Below, piece after piece: positions 15,070 through 29,089 of a stretch of DNA of 64,000 nucleotides. Position 1 is the first letter of the stretch; every line of letters begins with the position of its first letter. Both the position numbers and the translations under genes were made by a program. The notes under the pieces were generated by a model. It was not told the origin of the DNA and did no database searches. It saw only the letters and a list, made by a program, of their open reading frames with translations. This DNA comes from Eledone cirrhosa. Lineage: Eukaryota. The stretch covers positions 22,382,001-22,446,000 of the forward strand of contig OZ024740.1 in NCBI GenBank assembly GCA_964016885.1, given 5' to 3'.

Positions 15070-18000
15070 AACACTTTTGACTGAACTGTCTTATCCTTGT
15101 CACCGCCACTTAAACACTTTTGACTGAACTGTCTTATCCGTGTCACCTCCACTTAAACACTTTTGACTGAACTGTCTTATCGTTGTCACCTCCACTTAAA
15201 CACTTTTGACTAAACTGTCTTATCTTTGTCACCTCCACTTAAACACTTTTGACTAAACTGTCTTATCGTTGTCACCTCCACTTAAACACTTTTGACTAAA
15301 CTGTCTTATCTTTGTCACCTCCACTTAAACACTTTTGACTAAACTGTCTTATCCGTGTCACCTCCACTTAAACACTTTTGACTGAACTGTCTTATCGTTG
15401 TCACCTCCACTTAAACACTTTTGACTAAACTGTCTTATCTTTGTCACCTCCACTTAAACACTTTTGACTAAACTGTCTTATCTTTGTCACCTACACTTAA
15501 ACACTTTTGACTAAACTGTCTTATCCTTGTCACCTCCACTTAAACACTTTTGACTGAACTGTCTTATCCTTGTCACCTCCACTTAAACACTTTTGACTGA
15601 ACTGTCTTATCGTTGTCACCTCCACTTAAACACTTTTGACTAAACTGTCTTATCTTTGTCACCTCCACTTAAACACTTTTGACTAAACTGTCTTATCTTT
15701 GTCACCTCCACTTAAACACTTTGGACTAAACTGTCTTATCCTTGTCAACTCCACTTAAACACTTTTGACTGAACTGTCTTATCCTTGTCACCTCCACTTA
15801 AACACTTTTGACTGAAATGTCTTATCGTTGTAACATCCACTTAAACACTTTTGACTAAACTGTATTATCCTTGTCATTTCCACTTAAAAACTTTTGACTG
15901 AACTGTCTTATCGTTGTCACCTCCACTTAAACACTTTTGACTAAACTGTCTTATCCTTGTCAACTCCACTTAAACACTTTTGACTGAACTGTCTTATCGT
16001 TGTCACCTCCACTTAAACACTTTTGACTGAACTGTTTTATCCTTGTCAACTCCAGTTAAACACTTTTGACTGAATTGTCTTATCGCTGTCCCATCCACTT
16101 AATCACTTTTGACTGAACTGTCTTATCCTTGTCACCTCCACTTAAACACTTTTGACTGAACTGTCTTATCCTTGTCACCTCCACTTAAACACTTTTGACT
16201 GAACTGTCTTATCGTTGTCACCTCCACTTAAACAGTTTGGACTAAACTGTCTTATCCTTGTCACGTCCACTTAAACACTTTTGACTAAACTGGCTTATCC
16301 TTATCATCTCCACTTAAACACTTTTGACCGAACTGTCTTATCCCTGTCACCTCCACTTAAACACTTTTGACTAAACTGTCTTATCCTTGTCAACTCCACT
16401 TAAACACTTTTGACTAAACTGTCTTATCCTTGTCACCTCCACTTAAACACTTTTGACTGAACTGTCTTATCCTTGTCACCTCCACTTAAACACTTTTGAC
16501 TAAACTGTCTTAACGTTGTCACCTCCACTTAAACACTTTTGACTAAACTGTCTTATCCTTGTCACCTCCACTTAAACACTTTTGACTGAACTGTCTTATT
16601 CTTGTCACCTCCATTTAAACACTTTTGACTGGACTGTCTTATCCTTGTCACCTCCACTTAAACACTTTTGACTGGACTGTCTTATCCTTGTCACCTCCAC
16701 TTAAACACTTTTGACTAAACTGTCTTATCCTTGTCACCTCCACTTAAACACTTTTGACTAAACTGTCTTATCCTTGTCACCTCCACTTAAACACTTTTGA
16801 CTGAACTGTCTTATCCTTGTCACCTCCACTTAAACACTTTCGACTAAACTGTCTTAACGTTGTCACCTCCACTTAAACACTTTTGACTAAACTGTCTTAT
16901 CCTTGTCAACTCCACTTAAACACTTTTGACTGAACTGTCTTATCGTTGTCACCTCCACTTAAACACTTTTGACTGAACTGTTTTATCCTTGTCAACTCCA
17001 GTTAAACACTTTTGACTGAATTGTCTTATCGCTGTCCCATCCACTTAATCACTTTTGACTGAACTGTCTTATCCTTGTCACCTCCACTTAAACACTTTTG
17101 ACTGAACTGTCTTATCCTTGTCACCTCCACTTAAACACTTTTGACTGAACTGTCTTATCGTTGTCACCTCCACTTAAACACTTTGGACTAAACTGTCTTA
17201 TCCTTGTCACGTCCACTTAAACACTTTTGACTAAACTGGCTTATCCTTATCATCTCCACTTAAACACTTTTGACCGAACTGTCTTATCCCTGTCACCTCC
17301 ACTTAAACACTTTTGACTAAACTGTCTTATCCTTGTCAACTCCACTTAAACACTTTTGACTAAACTGTCTTATCCTTGTCACCTCCACTTAAACACTTTT
17401 GACTGAACTGTCTTATCCTTGTCACCTCCACTTAAACACTTTTGACTAAACTGTCTTAACGTTGTCACCTCCACTTAAACACTTTTGACTAAACTGGCTT
17501 ATCCTTGTCAACTCCAATTAAACACTTTTGACTGAACTGTCTTATCGTTGTCACCTCCACTTAAACACTTTTGACTAAACTGTCTTATCCTTATCACCTC
17601 CACTTAAACACTTTTGACCGAACTGTCTTATCCGTATCACCTCCACTTAAACACATTTGACTGAACTGTCTCATCGTTGCCACCTCCACTTAAACACTTT
17701 TGACTAAACTGTCTTATCCTTGTCACCTCCACTTAATCACTTTTGACTGAACTGTCTTATCGTTATCCCATCCACTTAAACACTTTTGACTAAACTGTCT
17801 TATCCTTGTCAACTCCACTTAAACACTTTTGACTAAACTGTCTTATCCTTGTCAACTCCAATTAAACACTTTTGACTAAACTGTCTTATCCTTGTCACCT
17901 CCACTTAAACACTTTTGACTAAACTGTCTTATCCTTGTCAACTCCACTTAAACACTTTTGACTGAACTGTCTTATCCTTGTCACCGCCACTTAAACACTT

Positions 18001-20855
18001 TTGACTGAACTGTCTTATCCGTGTCACCTCCACTTAAACACTTTTGACTGAACTGTCTTATCGTTGTCACCTCCACTTAAACACTTTTGACTAAACTGTC
18101 TTATCTTTGTCACCTCCACTTAAACACTTTTGACTAAACTGTCTTATCGTTGTCACCTCCACTTAAACACTTTTGACTAAACTGTCTTATCTTTGTCACC
18201 TCCACTTAAACACTTTTGACTAAACTGTCTTATCCGTGTCACCTCCACTTAAACACTTTTGACTGAACTGTCTTATCGTTGTCACCTCCACTTAAACACT
18301 TTTGACTAAACTGTCTTATCTTTGTCACCTCCACTTAAACACTTTTGACTAAACTGTCTTATCTTTGTCACCTACACTTAAACACTTTTGACTAAACTGT
18401 CTTATCCTTGTCACCTCCACTTAAACACTTTTGACTGAACTGTCTTATCCTTGTCACCTCCACTTAAACACTTTTGACTGAACTGTCTTATCGTTGTCAC
18501 CTCCACTTAAACACTTTTGACTAAACTGTCTTATCTTTGTCACCTCCACTTAAACACTTTTGACTAAACTGTCTTATCTTTGTCACCTCCACTTAAACAC
18601 TTTGGACTAAACTGTCTTATCCTTGTCAACTCCACTTAAACACTTTTGACTGAACTGTCTTATCCTTGTCACCTCCACTTAAACACTTTTGACTGAAATG
18701 TCTTATCGTTGTAACATCCACTTAAACACTTTTGACTAAACTGTATTATCCTTGTCATTTCCACTTAAAAACTTTTGACTGAACTGTCTTATCGTTGTCA
18801 CCTCCACTTAAACACTTTTGACTAAACTGTCTTATCCTTGTCAACTCCACTTAAACACTTTTGACTGAACTGTCTTATCGTTGTCACCTCCACTTAAACA
18901 CTTTTGACTGAACTGTTTTATCCTTGTCAACTCCAGTTAAACACTTTTGACTGAATTGTCTTATCGCTGTCCCATCCACTTAATCACTTTTGACTGAACT
19001 GTCTTATCCTTGTCACCTCCACTTAAACACTTTTGACTGAACTGTCTTATCCTTGTCACCTCCACTTAAACACTTTTGACTGAACTGTCTTATCGTTGTC
19101 ACCTCCACTTAAACAGTTTGGACTAAACTGTCTTATCCTTGTCACGTCCACTTAAACACTTTTGACTAAACTGGCTTATCCTTATCATCTCCACTTAAAC
19201 ACTTTTGACCGAACTGTCTTATCCCTGTCACCTCCACTTAAACACTTTTGACTAAACTGTCTTATCCTTGTCAACTCCACTTAAACACTTTTGACTAAAC
19301 TGTCTTATCCTTGTCACCTCCACTTAAACACTTTTGACTGAACTGTCTTATCCTTGTCACCTCCACTTAAACACTTTTGACTAAACTGTCTTAACGTTGT
19401 CACCTCCACTTAAACACTTTTGACTAAACTGTCTTATCCTTGTCACCTCCACTTAAACACTTTTGACTGAACTGTCTTATTCTTGTCACCTCCATTTAAA
19501 CACTTTTGACTGGACTGTCTTATCCTTGTCACCTCCACTTAAACACTTTTGACTGGACTGTCTTATCCTTGTCACCTCCACTTAAACACTTTTGACTAAA
19601 CTGTCTTATCCTTGTCACCTCCACTTAAACACTTTTGACTAAACTGTCTTATCCTTGTCACCTCCACTTAAACACTTTTGACTGAACTGTCTTATCCTTG
19701 TCACCTCCACTTAAACACTTTCGACTAAACTGTCTTAACGTTGTCACCTCCACTTAAACACTTTTGACTAAACTGTCTTATCCTTGTCAACTCCACTTAA
19801 ACACTTTTGACTGAACTGTCTTATCGTTGTCACCTCCACTTAAACACTTTTGACTGAACTGTTTTATCCTTGTCAACTCCAGTTAAACACTTTTGACTGA
19901 ATTGTCTTATCGCTGTCCCATCCACTTAATCACTTTTGACTGAACTGTCTTATCCTTGTCACCTCCACTTAAACACTTTTGACTGAACTGTCTTATCCTT
20001 GTCACCTCCACTTAAACACTTTTGACTGAACTGTCTTATCGTTGTCACCTCCACTTAAACACTTTGGACTAAACTGTCTTATCCTTGTCACGTCCACTTA
20101 AACACTTTTGACTAAACTGGCTTATCCTTATCATCTCCACTTAAACACTTTTGACCGAACTGTCTTATCCCTGTCACCTCCACTTAAACACTTTTGACTA
20201 AACTGTCTTATCCTTGTCAACTCCACTTAAACACTTTTGACTAAACTGTCTTATCCTTGTCACCTCCACTTAAACACTTTTGACTGAACTGTCTTATCCT
20301 TGTCACCTCCACTTAAACACTTTTGACTAAACTGTCTTAACGTTGTCACCTCCACTTAAACACTTTTGACTAAACTGGCTTATCCTTGTCAACTCCAATT
20401 AAACACTTTTGACTGAACTGTCTTATCGTTGTCACCTCCACTTAAACACTTTTGACTAAACTGTCTTATCCTTATCACCTCCACTTAAACACTTTTGACC
20501 GAACTGTCTTATCCGTATCACCTCCACTTAAACACATTTGACTGAACTGTCTCATCGTTGCCACCTCCACTTAAACACTTTTGACTAAACTGTCTTATCC
20601 TTGTCACCTCCACTTAATCACTTTTGACTGAACTGTCTTATCGTTATCCCATCCACTTAAACACTTTTGACTAAACTGTCTTATCCTTGTCAACTCCACT
20701 TAAACACTTTTGACTAAACTGTCTTATCCTTGTCAACTCCAATTAAACACTTTTGACTAAACTGTCTTATCCTTGTCACCTCCACTTAAACACTTTTGAC
20801 TAAACTGTCTTATCCTTGTCAACTCCACTTAAACACTTTTGACTGAACTGTCTTA
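15070..20855. repeat. Tandem duplication of a 67-monomer block (period 2,881 bp)
   Basis: CACCGCC at 15101/17982, AACAGTTTGG at 16231/19112, CGACTAAAC at 16841/19722, TCCAGTT at 16051/18932 and 16997/19878. All offsets are 2,881 = 67x43. Confidence 0.9.
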
Positions 20856-21539
20856 TCGTTGTCACCTCCACTTAAACACTTTTGACTAAACTCTCTTATC
20901 CTTGTCAACTCCACTTAAACACTTTTGACTAAACTGTCTTAACGTTGTCACCTCCACTTAAACACTTTTGACTAAACTGTCTTATCCTTGTCACCTCCAC
21001 TTAAACACTTTTGACTGAACTGTCTTATTCTTGTCACCTCCATTTAAACACTTTTGACTGGACTGTCTTATCCTTGTCACCTCCACTTAAACACTTTTGA
21101 CTGGACTGTCTTATCCTTGTCACCTCCACTTAAACACTTTTGACTAAACTGTCTTATCCTTGTCACCTCCACTTAAACACTTTTGACTAAACTGTCTTAT
21201 CCTTGTCACCTCCACTTAAACACTTTTGACTGAACTGTCTTATCCTTGTCACCTCCACTTAAACACTTTTGACTAAACTGTCTTAACGTTGTCACCTCCA
21301 CTTAAACACTTTTGACTAAACTGTCTTATCCTTGTCACCTCCACTTAAACACGTTTGACTAAACTTTCCTATCCTTGTCAACTCCACTTAAACACTTTTG
21401 ACTGAAATGTCTTTTCCTTGTCACCTCCACTTAAACACTTTTGAATAAACTGCCTTATCCTTGTCACCTCCACTTAAACACTTCTGACTGAACTGTCTTA
21501 TCGTTGTCACCTCCACATAAACACTTTTGACTAAACTGT

Positions 21540-23420
21540 CTTATCCTTGTCAACTCCATTTAAACACTTTTGACTGAACTGTCTTATCGTTGTCACCTCC
21601 ACTTCAACACTTTTGACTAAACTGTCTTATCCTTGTCACCTCCACTTAAACACTTTTGACTGAATTTTCTTATCGTTGTCACTTCCACTTAAACACTTTT
21701 GACTGAACTGTTTATCCTTGTCACCTCCACTTAAACACTTTTGACTGAATTGTCTTATCGCTGTCCCATCCACTTAAACACTTTTGACTAAACTGGCTTA
21801 TCCTTGTCAACTCCAATTAAACACTTTTGACTGAACTGTCTCATCGTTGCCACCTCCACTTAAACACTTTTGACTAAACTGTCTTATCCTTGTCACCTCC
21901 ACTTAAACACTTTTGACTGAACTGTCTTATCCTTGTCACCTCCACTTTAACACGTTTGACTAAACTGTCTTATCTTTGTCACCTACACTTAAACACTTTT
22001 GACTAAACTGTCTTATCCTTGTCACCTCCACTTAAACACTTTTGACTGAACTGTCTTATCCTTGTCACCGTCACTTAAACACTTTTGACTGAACTGTCTT
22101 ATCCGTGTCACCTCCACTTAAACACTTTTGACTGAACTGTCTTATCGTTGTCACCTCCACTTAAACACTTTTGACTAAACTGTCTTATCTTTGTCACCTC
22201 CACTTAAACACTTTTGACTAAACTGTCTTATCGTTGTCACCTCCACTTAAACACTTTTGACTAAACTTTCTTATATTTGTCACCTCCAATTAAACACTTT
22301 TGACTAAACTGTCTTATCGTTGTCACCTCCACTTAAACACGTTTGACTAAACTGTCTTATCCTTGTCACCTCCACTTAATCACTTTTGACTGAACTGTCT
22401 TATCGTTGTCACCTCCACTTAAACACTTTTGACTAAATTGTCTTATCCTTGTCAACTCCACTTAAACACTTTTGACTGAACTGTCTTATCCTTGTCAACT
22501 CCATTTAAACACTTTTGACTGAACTGTCTTATCGTTGTCACCTCCACTTAAACACTTTTGACTAAACTGTCTTATCCTTGTCACCTCCACTTAAACACTT
22601 TTGACTGAATTTTCTTATCGTTGTCACTTCCACTTAAACACTTTTGACTGAACTGTTTTATCCTTGTCACCTCCACTTAAACACTTTTGACTGAATTGTC
22701 TTATCGCTGTCCCATCCACTTAAACACTTTTGACTAAACTGGCTTATCCTTGTCAACTCCAATTAAACACTTTTGACTGAACTGTCTCATCGTTGCCACC
22801 TCCACTTAAACACTTTTGACTAAACTGTCTTATCCTTGTCACCTCCACTTAAACACTTTTGACTGAACTGTCTTATCCTTGTCACCTCCACTTTAACACG
22901 TTTGACTAAACTGTCTTATCTTTGTCACCTACACTTAAACACTTTTGACTAAACTGTCTTATCCTTGTCACCTCCACTTAAACACTTTTGACTGAACTGT
23001 CTTATCCTTGTCACCGCCACTTAAACACTTTTGACTGAACTGTCTTATCCGTGTCACCTCCACTTAAACACTTTTGACTGAACTGTCTTATCGTTGTCAC
23101 CTCCACTTAAACACTTTTGACTAAACTGTCTTATCTTTGTCACCTCCATTTAAACACTTTTGACTAAACTGTCTTATCGTTGTCACCTCCACTTAAACAC
23201 TTTTGACTAAACCGTCTTATCTTTGTCACCTCCAATTAAACACTTTTGACTAAACTGTCTTATCGTTGTCACCTCCACTTAAACACGTTTGACTAAACTG
23301 TCTTATCCTTGTCACCTCCACTTAATCACTTTTGACTGAACTGTCTTATCGTTGTCACCTCCATTTAAACACTTTTGACTAAATTGTCTTATCCTTGTCA
23401 ACTCCACTTAAACACTTTTG
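21540..23420. repeat. Tandem duplication of a 22-monomer block (period ~946 bp) with several differences between copies
   Basis: TCACCG at 22065 and 23011 (946 = 22x43), with the same surrounding variant order (CTTTAACACG, ATCTTTG/CTACAC, TAAATTG). Confidence 0.8.
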
Positions 23421-24269
23421 ACTGAACTGTCTTATCCTTGTCACCTCCAATTAAACACTTTTGACTGAACTGTCTTATCCTTGTCACCTCCACTTAAACA
23501 CTTTTCACTAAACTGTCTTATCCTTGTCACCTCCACTTAAACACGTTTGACTAAACTGTCTTATCCTTGTCACCTCCACTTAAACACGTTTGACTAAACT
23601 GTCTAATCCTTGTCACGTCCACTTAAACACGTTTGACTGAACTGTCTTATCCTTGTCACCTCCCTTAAATACTTTTGACTAAACTGTCTTATCCTTGTCA
23701 CTTCCAGGTAAACACTTTTGACTAAACTGTCTTATCCTTGTCACCTCCACTTAAACAATTTTGACTAAACTGTTTTATCCTTGTCACCTCCACTTAAACA
23801 CGTTTGACTGATCTGTCTTATCCTTGTCACCTCCACTTAAACACTTTTGACTGAACTGTCTTATCATTGTCACCTCCACTTATACACTTTTGACTGAACT
23901 GTCTTATCCATGTCACCTCCACTTAAACACTTTTGACTGAACTGTCTCATCGTTGTCACCTACACTTAAACACTTTTGACTAAACTGTCTTATCCTTGTC
24001 AACTCCACTTAAACACTTTTGACTGAAATATCTTATCGTTGTAACATCCACTTAAACACTTTTGACTAAACTGTATTATCCTTGTCATTTCCACTTAAAC
24101 ACTTTTGACTGAACTGTCACATCGTTGTCACCTCCACTTAAACACTTTTGACTAAACTGTCTTATCCTTGTCAACTCCACTTAAACACTTTTGACTGAAC
24201 TGTCTTATCGCTGTCCCATCCACTTAATCACTTTCGACTGAACTGTCTTATCCTTGTCACCTCCACTTA

Positions 24270-25810
24270 AACACTTTTGACTGAACTGTCTTATCCTTGT
24301 CACCTCCACTTAAACACTTTTGACTGAACTGTCTTATCGTTGTCACCTCCACTTAAACACTTTGGACTAAACTGTCTTATCCTTGTCACGTCCACTTAAA
24401 CACTTTTGACTAAACTGGCTTATACTTATCATCTCCACTTAAACACTTTTGACCGAACTGTCTTATCCGTGTCACCTCCACTTAAACACTTTTGACTAAA
24501 CTGTCTTATCTTTGTCACCTCCACTTAAACACTTTTGACTGAACTGTCTTATCCTTGTCACCTCCACTTAAACACTTTTGACTAAACTGTCTTAACGTTG
24601 TCACCTCCATTTAAACACTTTTGACTAAACTGTCTTATCCTTGTCACCTCCACTTAAACACGTTTGACTAAACTTTCCTATCCTTGTCACCTCCACTTAA
24701 ACACTTTTGACCGAACTGTCTTATCCGTGTCACCTCCACTTAAACACTTTTGACTAAACTGTCTTATCCTTGTCACCTCCACTTAAACACTTTTGACTAA
24801 ACTGTCTTATCCTTGTCACCTCCACTTAAACACATTTGACTGAACTGTCTTATCCTTGTCACCTCCACTTAAACACTTTTGACTAAACTGTCTTAACGTT
24901 GTCACCTCCACTTAAACACTTTTGACTAAACTGTCTTATCCTTGTCACCTCCACTTAAACACGTTTGACTAAGCTTTCCTATCCTTGTCACCTCCACTTA
25001 AACACTTTTGACTGAAATGTCTTTTCCTTGTCACCTCCACTTAAACACGTTTGACTAAACTGTCTTATCCTTGTCACCTCCACTTAATCACTTTTGACTG
25101 AACTGTCTTATCCTTGACACCTCCACTTAAACACTTTTTACTGAACTGTCTTATCCTTGTCACCTCCACTTAAACACTTTTGACTGAACTGTCTTATCGT
25201 TGTCACCTCCACTTAAACACTTTGGACTAAACTGTCTTATCCTTGTCACGTCCACTTAAACACTTTTGACTAAACTGGCTTATACTTATCATCTCCACTT
25301 AAACACTTTTGACCGAACTGTCTTATCCGTGTCACCTCCACTTAAACACTTTTGACTAAACTGTCTTATCCTTGTCACCTCCACTTAAACACTTTTGACT
25401 GAACTGTCTTATCCTTGTCACCTCCACTTAAACACTTTTGACTAAACTGTCTTAACGTTGTCACCTCCATTTAAACACTTTTGACTAAACTGTCTTATCC
25501 TTGTCACCTCCACTTAAACACGTTTGACTAAACTTTCCTATCCTTGTCACCTCCACTTAAACACTTTTGACCGAACTGTCTTATCCGTGTCACCTCCACT
25601 TAAACACTTTTGACTAAACTGTCTTATCCTTGTCACCTCCACTTAAACACTTTTGACTAAACTGTCTTATCCTTGTCACCTCCACTTAAACACATTTGAC
25701 TGAACTGTCTTATCCTTGTCACCTCCACTTAAACACTTTTGACTAAACTGTCTTAACGTTGTCACCTCCACTTAAACACTTTTGACTAAACTGTCTTATC
25801 CTTGTCACCT
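24270..25810. repeat. Duplication at 20-monomer offset (860 bp)
   Basis: TATACTTATCATCTCC at 24421 and 25281, followed by the same variant order. Confidence 0.75.
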
Positions 25811-28800
25811 CCAATTAAACGCTTTTGACTGAAATGTCTTATCGTTGTAACATCCACTTAAACACTTTTGAATAAACTGCCTTATCCTTGTCACCTCCAC
25901 TTAAACACTTCTGACTGAACTGTCTTATCGTTGTCACCTCCAATTAATCACTTTTGAATGAACTGTCTTATCCTTGTCACCTCCAATTAAACACTTTTGA
26001 CTGAACTGTCTTATCCTTGTCACCTCCACTTAAACACTTTTGACTGAACTGTCTCATCGTTGCCACCTCCACTTAAACACTTTTGACTAAACTATCTTAT
26101 CCTTGTCACCTCCACTTAAACACTTTTGACTGAACTGTCTTATCCTTGTCACCTCCACTTTAACACGTTTGACTAAACTGTCTTATCTTTGTCACCTACA
26201 CTTAAACACTTTTGACTAAACTGTCTTATCCTTGTCACCTCCAGTTAAACACTTTTGACTGAACTGTCTTATCCTTGTCACCGCCACTTAAACACTTTTG
26301 ACTGAACTGTCTTATCCGTGTCACCTCCACTTAAACACTTTTGACTGAACTGTCTTATCGTTGTCACCTCCACTTAAACACTTTTGACTAAACTGTCTTA
26401 TCTTTGTCACCTCCATTTAAACACTTTTGACTAAACTGTCTTATCGTTGTCACCTCCACTTAAACACTTTTGACTAAACTGTCTTATCTTTGTCACCTCC
26501 AATTAAACACTTTTGACTAAACTGTCTTATCGTTGTCACCTCCACTTAAACACGTTTGACTAAACTGTCTTATCCTTGTCACCTCCACTTAATCACTTTT
26601 GACTGAACTGTCTTATCGTTGTCACCTCCACTTAAACACTTTTGACTAAATTGTCTTATCCTTGTCAACTCCAATTAAACACTTTTGACTGAACTGTCTT
26701 ATCCTTGTCACCTCCACTTAAACACTTTTCACTAAACTGTCTTATCCTTATCACCTCCACTTAAACACGTTTGACTAAACTGTCTTATCCTTGTCACCTC
26801 CACTTAAACACGTTTGACTAAACTGTCTTATCCTTGTCACGTCCACTTAAACACGTTTGACTGAACTGTCTTATCCTTGTCACCTCCCTTAAATACTTTT
26901 GACTAAACTGTCTTATCCTTGTCACTTCCAGGTAAACACTTTTGACTAAACTGTCTTATCCTTGTCACCTCCACTTAAACAATTTTGACTAAACTGTTTT
27001 ATCCTTGTCACCTCCACTTAAACACGTTTGACTGATCTGTCTTATCCTTGTCACCTCCACTTAAACACTTTTGACTGAACTGTCTTATCATTGTCACCTC
27101 CACTTATACACTTTTGACTGAACTGTCTTATCCATGTCACCTCCACTTAAACACTTTTGACTGAACTGTCTCATCGTTGTCACCTACACTTAAACACTTT
27201 GGACTAAACTGTCTTATCCTTGTCAACTCCACTTAAACACTTTTGACTGAAATATCTTATCGTTGTAACATCCACTTAAACACTTTTGACTAAACTGTAT
27301 TATCCTTGTCATTTCCACTTAAACACTTTTGACTGAACTGTCTCATCGTTGTCACCTCCACTTAAACACTTTTGACTAAACTGTCTTATCCTTGTCAACT
27401 CCACTTAAACACTTTTGACTGAACTGTCTTATCGCTGTCCCATCCACTTAATCACTTTTGACTGAACTGTCTTATCCTTCTCACCTCCACTTAAACACTT
27501 TTGACTGAACTGTCTTATCATTGTCACCTCCACTTAAACACTTTTGACTGAACTGTCTTATCGTTGTCACCTCCACTTTAACACTTTGGACTAAACTGTC
27601 TTATCCTTGTCACGTCCACTTAAACACTTTTGACTAAACTGGCTTATCCTTATCGTCTCCACTTAAACACTTTTGACCGAACTGTCTTATCCGTGTCACC
27701 TCCACTTAAACACTTTTGACTAAACTGTCTTATCCTTGTCACCTCCACTTAAACACTTTTGACTGAACTGTCTTATCCTTGTCACCTCCGCTTAAACACT
27801 TTTGACTAAACTGTCTTAACGTTGTCACCTCCATTTAAACACTTTTGACTAAACTGTCTTATCCTTGTCACCTCCACTTAAACACGTTTGACTAAACTTT
27901 CCTATCCTTGTCACCTCCACTTAAACACTTTTGACCGAACTGTCTTATCCGTGTCACCTCCACTTAAACACTTTTGACTAAACTGTCTTATCCTTGTCAC
28001 CTCCACTTAAACACTTTTGACTAAACTGTCTTATCCTTGTCACCTCCACTTAAACACATTTGACTGAACTGTCTTATCCTTGTCACCTCCACTTAAACAC
28101 TTTTGACTAAACTGTCTTAACGTTGTCACCTCCACTTAAACACTTTTGACTAAACTGTCTTATCCTTGTCACCTCCACTTAAACACATTTGACTAAACTT
28201 TCCTATCCTTGTCACCTCCACTTAAACACTTTTGACTGAAATGTCTTTTCCTTGTCACCTCCACTTAAACACGTTTGACTAAACTGTCTTATCCTTGTCA
28301 TCTCCACTTAATCACTTTTGACTGAACTGTCTTATCCTTGACACCTCCACTTAAACACTTTCTACTGAACTGTCTTATCCTTGTCACCTACACTTAAACA
28401 CTTTGGACGAAACTGTCTTATCCTAGTCACCTCCACTTAAACGCTTTTGACTGAAATGTCTTATCGTTGTAACATCCACTTAAACACTTTTGAATAAACT
28501 GCCTTATCCTTGTCACCTCCACTTAAACACTTTTGACTGAATTGTCTTATCGCTGTCCCATCCACTTAATCACTTTTGACTGAACTGTCTTATCCTTGTC
28601 ACCTCCACTTAAACACTTTTGACTGAACTGTCTTATCGTTGTCACCTCCACTTAAACACTTTTGACTGAACTGTTTTATCCTTGTCACCTCCACTTAAAC
28701 ACTTTTGACTGAATTGTCTTATCGCTGTCCCATCCACTTAATCACTTTTGACTGAACTGTCTTATCCTTGTCACCTCCACTTAAACACTTTTGACTGAAC

Positions 28801-29089
28801 TGTCTTATCCTTGTCACCTCCACTTAAACACTTTTGACTGAACTGTCTTATCGTTGTCACCTCCACTTAAACACTTTGGACTAAACTGTCTTATCCTTGT
28901 CACGTCCACATAAACACTTTTGACTAAACTGGCTTATCCTTATCATCTCCACTTAAACACTTTTGACCGAACTGTCTTATCCGTGTCACCTCCACTTAAA
29001 CACTTTTGACTAAATTGTCTTATCCTTGTCACCTCCACTTAAACACTTTTGACTAAACTGTCTTATCCTTGTCACCTCCACTTAAACAC

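Larger units (their letters stand above)
1..23400. repeat. Left flanking satellite domain with different diagnostic variants
   Basis: Carries TTTTGAGTGAAC (~750-14570), GAATTTTCTTATCGTTGTCACTTCC, CTCATCGTTGCCACC and the +1 TTAAAAAACTT monomer. CAGGTA is seen only once (~4051). Confidence 0.75.
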
